This document shows positions 12,300-23,400 of a stretch of 64,000 nt of DNA, piece after piece. How positions within the stretch are numbered: position 1 is the stretch's first letter; every line of letters starts with the position of its first letter. Source of the DNA: Schizochytrium sp. TIO01. Taxonomy: Eukaryota > Protista > Bigyra: Labyrinthulomycetes. The notes under the pieces are model-generated. The model had not been told where the DNA came from and ran no database searches. It was given only the letters and a program-made list of their open reading frames with translations. The position numbers and the translations under genes are program-made. The stretch is taken from the NCBI GenBank assembly GCA_004764695.1, contig SMSO01000025.1, forward strand, positions 310,001 to 374,000, in the 5' to 3' direction.

Positions 12300-13525
12300 A
12301 GCTAGAAGAAACATAACTTATTATTCAACCGCCAGTGGGTTTAATTTCCCTGTATTCTTATTATTCAAGACATGTTGGTTTTCCCAATGCACGCAGTCCA
12401 ACCAAAGCCTTTTGATAAACATACGGCATCTTTTACCTCGTCTGTAGCTGCGTACAACTGCATCCAACTATTACAACACACTTGTTAAGTAGGAAATTAA
12501 AGACTGCAAGGCTTGCCAGTGTGAAGAACATGAGTGAAGGAAGGTGTACATGATCTTGAAACGGCATTTTGCATTTTCCCCCCCTTGCCCATTGGAAAAA
12601 GCTTACAATGGTACAGCCTTCTTTTTTTCTCTTTTATCCTTTCTTTTTCTTATTTATTTTTTTCCTGAAACCATTGTAATTGCGTTGTCAAATATTGCCT
12701 GCTGCTTCACTTGCCCTCAACTGTGTGCTACTGTGTCACTTTCCTGAGAATCCATGGCCACTCCTAGCTCTTTGATGAGACCCCGCCAGGGTGCACATGA
12801 TAAGCCCCGCTCCATCCATCTACCCTATGATACATTCATCTAGCCCATTTCATTCGACCTCGACTGTTTTCAGTTTGACCCCGTTAATCTCAATCTCGCC
12901 AATATTCCGCCAAAACCTGTGCCGTCACTTGTGACTCCTGGAGTTAGTTCTTTTGACGATTCACCTGCTTGGAGCGCATTTTCCTCAAGCCAGATCACAT
13001 TGCCCACGCCTTCAGCATTCGCAGATACAGCGCAACAAAGGTGATCTGACTGGACGTGAAGAGCTTTTGCCAAGGTCTCTTTGCGTGTCCGTCCAATCGC
13101 AGTGGCGTCTGCGTGTCTCTTTCCGAACGGAGAGCATTCATTGTGTCATCAGAATTAGACTCAAGCTGAGACAAGGTAACTTCGGCGCCTCGAGTGTCCG
13201 TGCAAAGGGTCCTGGTTGGTTCCTGGCGGCCCACAAAGAGCCAAGAAGCCGCTGCGCAGCATGGTGCATTGGGGCGCCTGATGTGCTGGAGCCTTGGAGG
13301 TTATGGAGTCGTGCATTAATTTGACGGCTTTGAAGTGTGTAGAGCAGACCATTGACTCTTTTCTTTTCGTTTGTCTCTAAACCTGCAGTTTATAACTATT
13401 TTTAATCATACAGAAATACTCTTCTTGTGCCGTACCTAATTAATACCCATTAGTGTAAATGAATGTGCTCATTTTTATTCTTTGTACTTCCAGCTTTGCC
13501 TATCATTCTCTCATAGCTCAAAATT

Positions 13526-13580
13526 AGAAACTAAACTAAACTAAACTAAACTAGTCTTTTCTTTTTCTTTTTCTTTTTCT
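13526..13580. repeat. Microsatellites (AAACT)n followed by (CTTTTT)n
   Basis: agaaactaaactaaactaaactaaactag then ctttttctttttctttttcttttt read directly from the sequence. Confidence 0.7.
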
Positions 13581-16028
13581 TTTAGAGTTAACAGATAAAT
13601 GAAATGAAGACAATCGAGAGTCATTTCTGTTAACTCGACTTAATTTTAAAGTAAAGTTTTGTTTAAAAGCTACAAACAATAAAACAACAACGCAACAACG
13701 CAACAACGCAATAAAGCTATTAAATACATATAAACTATTTTCATGAATTGCTCTAGAGACTAAACCAAGTGATTGAGTAATTACATATTTATAGCGGGGA
13801 AAGGTGAAGAAGAAAGAAAGAAAGAAAGAGAGAAAGATTTGTTCTTTTCTCTTTGCGAGAGGAAAGAACATCACAGTTTCTGGGAGATTTCTGTCAAGTT
13901 TCCAAAACTAGTACGTAGCCCGTTTCGATCTCGATGGAAGATTTCGAGGGCGTGATGCCTCGCGCCGACTCCACCTCACCTGGTCCTTTCTGCTCTTGCT
14001 CTTGCTCTTGCTCTTGCCCCTAACCAACCAGCTTGACCGAAATGCCGTACCCGCCCCAAATTCCGCCTCCACTTTCACAAGTCGTTGATAAATGAATAGC
14101 ACAACCTCAAAGCGGACCCCGAAGACTGCACGAACGAGTGAATGAATCTCACTCAGCATCATCGAGAACCTTGGCGACCTTGTCGAGTTTCCACAGCAAA
14201 CAAGCTGGCTGCGAGGAACTGTTGTGTAAAAATCTCGAGCTGTCAGCGGACTCACATCATCAGCGCCACCACACCTCCGTTACTGCTTCTGCACGTGCAA
14301 TTGCAATTGCACATGCAATTGCAATTTCCTCCGGACCACACATCTGAATCAAAGCAGATACTTCGCCAATTAGGAGAGAAGGCATCCATCGCGTGCACGA
14401 TGTCAAAGTAAGTGACCTGTGAAGCAAACAATCTCTGTGGGGGCCTCGCGAGCTAATGCTATGCTGGCACTTGCCGCGATCGATGGGTTTTCAAGTTGCG
14501 AGAGTATCTACTACACCTATGTATACCTTCGCCTCGATTTATGATGAGCGCGCCGTTGAGGTCTCCGAAGAAGGAGACGAGGATCTGCTGCCTAGCGAAG
14601 GGAAGGAATTAGATCAACCAAGTACAGCTAAGTATTATTGAAGTGAAAGTGTATTCTTGATTTATGCTATTAGGAAGACTGGTGCGATGCGCTTGAAGAG
14701 ACTCGGTACGGTACACAAGACCGTTGAGTGTATGAGAGGGACTTACCTCTCCCGAATTGGCTAGCCGTCGCCGAGACGGTCGATTGCTATTTAAAACTAT
14801 AACGATGGGATAATAAGAGCACTATCGTACTGTCGCCATTCAATCGCAGATGGCAGATTGGTTTCCAAAGACCCTCCATATAAAAAAAAAAAAAAAAGAA
14901 CAAAAAAACAGTACTTCTGATCTAGTTGAACTGTGTGCATATAACTCTATGGAAGCAACTACGGCTGTGTTCAGCTTTGTATGAAATTTAACAACACCAA
15001 CACACCCACGTCTAACTGTCTAAATATTGAAGACCAAGCAGAAGAAGTAGGTGTGAGAAATCTTGAGTAGCATATGTAAGATACAAGACAGGAAGAAGGG
15101 CAGGGAGAGGGGCACTCAAGACTTGGTGTAGTTGGGTTTGCATCAAGATTCAAACTTCCAGGGTAAAGATTGTGCAAATAGGGCTCATCAAGTTATATTT
15201 CGGCTTGGTTGACTTGAAATACATCGTTTGTAGTTGTGGATCATCTAGAAAGGTCCAGTAGCTTGTGGACATTCACACAGTACCTAATATATATGTATGT
15301 AAGTCTGTATGTAAGTCTGTATGTAGTAGCAATCTCAAGCCGCGGCTACAAACCGTCGGTCCGGCACACAATATACAAAATATCGATGTCGGAATAAAAG
15401 AACGAGGAAATGGAGGGAAAGATCATGAAGACGAGAAAGGACTGCAATTGCAATGTTGGTGGTTGAGTTGGTTGTCATTGCGGTATTTGCAGGAATTAGG
15501 TAGGATCAAATGATATCGCACTATGGTGATCTTCCTATATACCAGGGGAGTCTATGCTCAGAAGAGGCCAGCAATGATTCACTGGGTCTGACTTACAAAG
15601 AGTCAGGCAGTTGAACTGGTGTCTTCGTTTCATAGGTAGCATAGCACCGAACCAGAAACTCCATGCTCTGTGATTGTCGCCAGATTCATGAATGTCTCCA
15701 TCCTCGTTAATGACCCCCGCGTAATTGCGCATACAAGCCACCAAACTCACTTCTTTCGTTCGTGTTGATCGGTGCCTTATCCCAGGCTAAGAAGGGTATG
15801 GCTGAGCTATGCGCGCGAGCATAGCGAAGGAGGGCAAATGAAGAAATGTTGTAATCACGCAGAAAAGTAGAAGAGGTATAATAGAGAAAGGTCTCCTAAG
15901 ATGTGAGATATCCCACAGAAGCAAGCTTCATCGCAGGAGCTATGACAAGAAAAGACAAGATACGGTACGCGATGCAAGGCGCTCCTGGCAGTGCAACCAT
16001 GAAACACGCTCGCTGTCATGCGTCGCCA

Positions 16029-16589
16029 TTACTCATCTTCTTCTGCCTCTGCCTTGGCCTTAAGTGTTACCGTGGCGTTTTGCACGCGGCGGGACTCGTA
16101 AGCAAGCTTGTTGAGCATATCGGCCATGTGCTTCCTGTCGGGAGTCTCGCCCTCCTTATCGACTTTCTTGAAATAAAGCTCCACCTCCATGGCGATGTTA
16201 CCGAGAGCATTGAGGCTGCACTGCAAAGAAGAGCCCTTGATGGAGTGCGCTTGGCGCCAGACACCCTCCCAGTCATCCTTGGGGAAGGATTCGAATGCCT
16301 TGGTCAGCTTCTCGTCGAGGCCGTTGGCGAGGAGCTCAATAATCATAAGCATAAACTCCTCCTCGCCACCGATCGACTCGCAGTCCCGCACTGTGTTGAG
16401 CTCCTCCTCCGTGAGCTCTTCGTCGTGGGTCGCAAGCGCCACGCTCTCGTCTCCCCCGGCGCTCTCCGCAGCGGCGTCTTCCTTGGCTGCCTCGCCGTCC
16501 TCCTTGGCGACTTTGGCATCCTGGGCATCGGAAGTCACCTCAGGGGCGGCCTCAGCCTCCGTGTTCTTTACAGCTTCGACCTCAGACAT
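16029..16589 (-). CDS. Stand-alone histidine phosphotransfer (Hpt) protein, YPD1/AHP-like
   Basis: DWEGVWRQAHSIKGSSLQCSLNALGNIAMEVE matches the Hpt signature (A-H-x-L/I-K-G-S-S). Acidic Ala/Glu-rich N-terminus and strong GC3 bias. Confidence 0.85.
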   Translation of the reverse strand: MSEVEAVKNTEAEAAPEVTSDAQDAKVAKEDGEAAKEDAAAESAGGDESVALATHDEELTEEELNTVRDCESIGGEEEFMLMIIELLANGLDEKLTKAFESFPKDDWEGVWRQAHSIKGSSLQCSLNALGNIAMEVELYFKKVDKEGETPDRKHMADMLNKLAYESRRVQNATVTLKAKAEAEEDE

Positions 16590-16756
16590 CTTCTTTAGCC
16601 TTCCACGAGCCGCTGCTTCTACTGCTGATGCCTCTGTTTCTGATCGCGCGCAAAGGATGAGATACCTGGTTTCCGGTTTGCTCTTCGCAGCTATTCACTC
16701 ATTTCTTTCTATCCACTGCATCGATGAGGATTCATTCGTCTTCATTTTCTTCCCTC

Positions 16757-16800
16757 ACTAATCACTAATCAGTCAATCACTAATCAGTCAATCACTCAAT
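16757..16800. repeat. Short tandem repeat (actaatc/agtcaatc units) upstream of the Hpt gene
   Basis: actaatcactaatcagtcaatcactaatcagtcaatcactcaat. Confidence 0.55.
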
Positions 16801-17425
16801 CGATCGATCAATTTTTAAATAGGAAAAATAAAAATTAAACCAAACTAAACTAAACCCAAAAAGCAGAAAGGAAAACCACAGCCAAATAATGAAAACTCAG
16901 CATCATCAAATGGCGATCGTTCGGAGCGGTGCTGATTATGTCCTGATCAGAGCAGCATTCTTCTCTTCGCATTCCTCCTAAGTAGCTAGATGGCAGGTAC
17001 TTAGAGAAAGAAGGAGATCACCGATCGAGTGTTCTTCCTTTCGGTTTCCTTTTGGTTTCCTTTTCGAGCGGAACTTTTATTTGTTTCGGAAACTTCAAAC
17101 ACCGATCCATCAAAAACAGAAAAACACCTTTTAACCTTTTTTTCCCGCTTTTTTTTAAAACTACGAATAAAAAACAAAATTAAAAACCATGTGGATTACT
17201 ATTAACACTACCAGTACCTCCAATTATTTATACCTCAAGTTGTGAATTTTTCTTGAACAAAATCATTTGATTCATTTCAAAATAAAACTCCTTTCTACAG
17301 GAAGTTACTGTTCACTTAAAGTATACCATAGGACTCCTCCATTTATATCGATGTTTCTATAACCAAACCGACGAGTATCTAAGGTAATAGCTATCAAAAG
17401 GTCTACTAAGGCCTTTGTTTACATG

Positions 17426-17453
17426 TGATTCACGGCTCGTCTGCCATGCTGAC
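17426..17453. repeat. Left 8-bp TSD (TGATTCAC) plus left 20-bp TIR
   Basis: tgattcac|ggctcgtctgccatgctgac. Confidence 0.92.
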
Positions 17454-20400
17454 AAAAGTCTCTCTTCCAAAAGAGCAAAAAACTCGCGCTTAGAACGCCT
17501 ATGAATTAATATGGGAGACTCATTGGTGTTCTAGAACAGTGTTCTCAAGGGTGTTCTGGAACGGTGTTCTGTTCTTAGTTCTTATATATTATATGAGTCT
17601 AGCTAACAGTAACGGCGACTTGACTTGAAAACTCAGTCGCTGAAATCTGAGGCGCTTGAGCTTGACTTTGACTTGACATTGCTTGGTTGGGATTTTTGAT
17701 CGCAGCTAAGATTAAATTTAAATGCGTAGACCCCCTTGCGTCAGATCTGGCTGCCCAATAGACCTGTAAATATGAAATATTGTAAACCCTCCAGATTCCA
17801 CGAACAATGTCCATCGCAAATGCCCTACGATAAACTTCATTCATATGTTCATCTTGAATTTCCTGGTGAGCAACTTCTTCAGCTACATCTCCACGCCATA
17901 AAGTATACATTAGAGTAGATACGTGATATCCGCAATCCACACCGTTTTTTTGGTTGCCTCGCCTAATCTCGATCTCCCAGTCTTCAGCTCCAAAAAGACG
18001 GATGGCATCGCCAAATACTTTCATCACGTGGCTCGGTTCATGCAAGGTACTTAATGGGTCGTAAAAGACAACACGCGCTTGCCTTTGGTTAAAATAAAGA
18101 AGCTGCCAATGACTTCCTGTACAAAACGGTAGCATAACATATTCAATGACATCTGGAATATAGATTGACCTCGTTGAGGAGCTGTCCTTTTGAAAATGGC
18201 CTCTTGGTGTGGCATTTGCAATCGCATTGCATACAGACGATATAAACAAATCGTGTCGGTCATCTACCGAACTTGTGAGGAATTGAAGTGCGGTGCTAGG
18301 TACAAATGCGGTTCCGTGACACTTCTTTCTTTCTGCAGGCTTCATAACGCGATTTTCTTCGCAGCAGGTAGCACACCATGCATCCATTGCATCCCCTTGC
18401 ATCCATGATAAAGGTTCCCCGAAAGATTCGGGGTTAGTTGATTCGGAGCATGGCAAGTTCCCATGAGAGTCTAAGAACAGCCTTTGACACATGCCAAACT
18501 CTAGAAACGTATGATTCATAGTGATGTTGTTTGAATGAACAAAGTGTTTTCCACTTGTAAAAACAGAGTGCTTGGGAGAAATGGAGCTCTTCAGAAGACT
18601 GAACACCTTTGCTGAAGCTTTCCAGAACGCTGTGCATTTTGAGTTAAACGTTCGCACAGGTCCTCCTTGTCTTGGTTGCATTTTGACACCGCGTACATTT
18701 CCAACCTTGGGGACATCTACAGTATGTTCTTTAGGGGCTATCGCTTGAGCCCTTCTTTTTTCAGACCCGAAAAAGTCTGTGGGTGGTAAACTGTCCAGGG
18801 CAGAAATTGTTGCTTCGCAGGTCTGAAGTTTGCACTCAGCGCCAAATGGCGTGGGGTGCCCTTCTCTTGGTGCATAGCAAGACTGACAGTACTTGCACTT
18901 GCTCAGATTTTCAGGAGCTCGCCAGATGCTCTTTCGTTTACTTTTCAAATGCTTGAATTGGAAAAAGGTTTGTTGAGGTGCAAGGGGGAAGTTCTTCGTC
19001 ATAATTGACCTCAACTCTGCTGTGTCAAATCGTTCCAGAGAGGGATGCCGAGAGAGGAGTTCTTCGTTTATGATGTTCGCTTCCAGATTGCAACGTGTTG
19101 AATAGTCCAGCTCTCTGATACTTTCCAATAGATGCAAGGGATGCACCAAAGCACCATCTGCAGTAACAGGTACGTCGACCAATGGCTCAGTCATGTGCTC
19201 TAACTTGGACGCTAGCATTAGTTTTCGATTTTTGGCAGAAATGCTATCTCTCTGATTCAGAAAATCTGCATATTGCCTGAGTAGGAACGCCGTCTTTGGT
19301 TTCAGATATTCCCTCAAGTCGCCCGGATGAGAGATCTGCACGGAATCAAGCTTCGGAAGGAAAAGACCGTCAAGATCCCCTGCAGGACAAGCGTATCGAT
19401 TCCACAACTGTGCAAAGCTTTCGAAGCTGTTAGACAGAATGGGCGCAGCTTTTCGATTGAAGTTTTTGGTTTTAAGAAGATATAAATAAAAGTCTTGCTC
19501 CACTTTGTCCTGCTGTTCGGGCTTACCTTTCATTTTGAATGGGCAAGGCGTGCTAGCTCCTATGAGGTCCTTGGGGCGAGGTCTGGCCCAACCAGAGCCT
19601 TTTATGCCGCAAGTTGTATAAGATGCCGACAGTACTTGCTGCTGCTTCTTCCTACATTCCACCGTTTGCTCGGCATCATCCCCACTATTTTCGCTGAGAA
19701 CTCTCTCCCACGAGACGTCATCAGTCAGAGAGGTTCCAGATCGATTTGGCAAAGGATCTTCACAGAATGCAATCCAACGGGTACGGTCAGGCCTTGCCTC
19801 TTCGGCAGGGAACAAGCCTTTTTTTACCCTTGGCGCAGAAGCAAGCTGCGCTTTTGGAAGATTTGTAATATTTTTTCGAACAGAACATCCAATGTGCAGA
19901 TGAATATCAGCGTTTGAGCTACCAACCACTAATTCTGATATTGGGTCATCCTCGTGTTCAGGCGGTTCTAACTGTACGCACGATATTTTGATCCTTTCTT
20001 TAAATTCCTCAGAATCAGAGTCTGTACTTATACAATCTTCAAGAATTTCTACACAAGTTGAAAGGACTCTCTGAACACCAATATCACCTTGAGGTTCAGG
20101 CTTGTCACCGTTCTCTCCTTTAGTGAAAAGGCTGCCGTTTACTAGTATATTCATTGCTATCAGGCGCAAGCTGATGTGGTCTTTCAATTTTTTATCGATG
20201 CCAGCCTCGTCGAGGACTGATCGATCTGTTTCGGTGGGTACCCCTCCTCCCGTTAGTTTTCGAAGAACTTTCTGGAGGTAACTTATGGCTTTTCTTTTAT
20301 GTTCTGGTCGTGCGAGAGCTTTTGCAAAGGCAAATATCACAGCAATGGCTTGCTCTACGGCATGCGCCAGTGTTGAGTTCTCCGTGCTGTCGAAGAAAAT

Positions 20401-23400
20401 CGGCACCACAGTGGCTCGCGTCCTCATTATATGATTAGACTCCAAAACAGAACCAACACTTGGCATCATGCTGAATCCCATATGTAAGTCATGAGAAACG
20501 CACAAAGGCAGTCGTGCATCTGGATAAGGGAGCTCATTATGCTCGATTTTACCATTGAACGCATCATTGACGAGGGAGTTTATCGTGAGGTGGTGGCTGA
20601 ATGGTTGGTGAATTAAATACGAAGGTAAACCTTTTATCTCAATCATTCTGGAACGATTGTATTTAGCAACCACTTTGGTGAGTAGCGCGTCAGCACGAAC
20701 AATACCAATGGTAGCACTTGCAACAGCCTGGTTCAACATACGATGGAACACCTCATTTGCATTAGTACCTCTATTTCCCACAAGATGATTTTTGCCATTG
20801 ATTTTAGTCTGTAGAACGAGACCTGGAGGGTCGCTCAAGCAGCCCTTATGAACATGTTCAAAAAGGCCTGCAATATACTTGTCTAGGCCAACCCCTGTGG
20901 CGGTCTTAGATAAAAATAATCCATGCCGAAACCCATTTGGATAGGGTCCGAAATGTTCTACACAAGCGTTACCAGATCTTGGTTTGCAACGCTCTCGTAC
21001 GCGATGAAGCAGGTCAGCACTGAGATCCATCTTCGAGTTCATAATATAGTGAGTCTTAAAAACTTCCATGATGCGCTTATATAGAACCTCTGGTTGTGGG
21101 ATTCGGGTTTCAACAGCTTGATTGATAAGCCGATCTTTTGTGAAGTTGCTCTTACTCTTATGTTCCTGTTGAACCTGCTTCACTCGCTTGTGGTCGCGCT
21201 GAAGAACAGCGTTTGCTAATGCAGTCATGAATGCAGTACGAGGTGCTCGGCTTTCGTTGCTGCTTTTCACCATTATTTGCTCCCAACGCTTGAGCCAGTG
21301 AAACAAATCGAGCTTGATGGGGACTCCCTTGAAAATTTGTGATAGGCATTTATTTAATTTTCCACAACATGTATCTGTCCAAATACATTCAGGCCGGTAA
21401 TCCCGACCATGCATTTCCTGGCGTAGCTTGACGAATCGTCCTAAAGCTTCTCTTATTTCCCTCTCGTTCTCACTGTTCGCCAACCCACAATAGAATATAA
21501 TCTGGTTGTGTTCGTTACTGATTGTGAGTAGGGCTTGATATGGCTGGTATATCCTAAAGGATTTGTCTTGGTCTTGGAATCGAAGTTTACAGCGCTCGGG
21601 AAACCGGAACGTGCAATCGATAGCGATATACCTGGCGCTGTATGACGCAATTTCGCGAAGCAAAGGTCTTGCCTCTCCTTTAAACTGGTCAATACATAAT
21701 TCGTCGAGAAATTTGGAGCTTAATCGATATCCGTTGTACTCCATGTCGAAGTTGCCAAAATTTTCAGGAGCCGTGATTGATTTCTCTTGCGTTTCTTCTT
21801 CATTTGAGCACGATGCTGATTGATTTGTCTGGTCGACCTGTTTGCTCGCTTGCTCAGCTGCTTGCTCGGCAGATTCTTTATTGATCTTGTCTCGGGCAAG
21901 TCGCTCGTTGCGCTGCTGGATAACCATTCGAGCATACTCCACGCTCAGTAAGTCCTTTTCTCGGAGTATCTGGTTGATTGTAGTCTCCAAAAGTTCTTTC
22001 CAACCCTCTATAACCCTCGTTCGGTCCCTCTCACGTCGAGCAGTGCTGAGTTGCTTGATTTTCTCGCCGTTTTTTGTATCTAGGATGTTCTTAAGCTCAT
22101 GGAAGACATCAACAACTGTAGAGATATTGAGAGCAGACTTTAGGATTTTAATCTTTTTTTCTCCCAAACTCTTGATTTGCTTTAAATCAAATTCCAGTAA
22201 TTCACGAGCAGCCGTCTCCTTTCTCAAAACCTCAGCAGAACATTTTTCGGGCTGGAATTGAATCTTAGATTTGAGCGTATTTGTCGAGTTCACTGCTTGC
22301 TTTTGAAAAAAACTTGGGATTGTATTGGGGCCAGCTTCATCGAAGCGCCGAGTGTGTTCTCCTAAGCTTGATGCATAGTAAAAGTACTCTAGACGATTAT
22401 GGTTCCGTACCTGAGCCTCATTGAAAGCATCTGCAGCCCACGCGGGACTTTTCAACCACAATTGGCTGAGACGTTGGCTAACCTCTGTTTCAATCCCGTG
22501 GCGTGGGGTTAAGGTCAGGCCAAAGCGTATCCGTACGTCAGCAGGGCACAAACGAAGAACATCCTCACTTGTATTGCGAAACTCTTTATTGCACTTTTTA
22601 CATTTATACTTTCGAGCCACGAGAAACCAATTTGCAGTCGCACCAGCAATCTCTCGGTAATTTGGTGCCCAGAAGCCATCGTCACCAGAGACGCTGACAA
22701 GAGGTTCACCCAAATGCGCTTTTTGGTTGCAGTATGGACATGGCATGCGATTGTTCATCGACGCATACATTTTTGCTGGATGCCATAACCCAACGCTGCG
22801 CTGGTGAAAGTACTCTGGTGCAATTTGTTGACCTCTTTTTACTTTCGGCAGTTTGGGTTTCTGGAGCCAAGTGATTGTCCCATCAGGAACAATGTCGTAC
22901 AGGGACTGGCATGTTTTGATATCCATTTTATCAAGTGTGTCTTTGCAGCTGTCGATAAATTTTTGTTGGATTAAGGTGATCGTAGTCTCGCGCTTCTCCT
23001 CATCTACATTAGCGCTTTCATTTAAGCCTTCCAGATCCTTTCTGATATCCTCATGACTCAAGGATTCCTGATCATTGTCCCCGGGAGTGGCTGTCGCCTG
23101 GCGAAGCTTGCAACGTGATGAAAATTGCATCATTTTCGTGTTTGATGTTTACCTCGTTGTTGAGTTTCGCTACCTCAAAGTATCATTTAATATGCCCTGA
23201 TCATCCAGTGAATATTTCCAAGTCTCTTTGCACATGTATTCGAGCCCAAGGAATACGAGCTTAACCACCATCAAAGTCCAGTATTAAATTGCATCAGTGA
23301 AACGTCGGCGTAGTATTCGTTGAGGTGGATGTGCCAGTTTACCAGAAATATGTAACATCCTTGTGAGGAGACCCAGTGGTGATACACTTAATTATTTTCA

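Noticed and set aside
15903-16761. Plus-strand ORFs of 231 aa and 190 aa
   Set aside because: Antisense shadows of the GC3-rich Hpt gene with no domain signal.
17526-17580. GTGTTCT repeats considered as a CRISPR-like array
   Set aside because: Units are only 6-7 bp with irregular short spacing in a eukaryotic context. They are better explained as transposon subterminal repeats.
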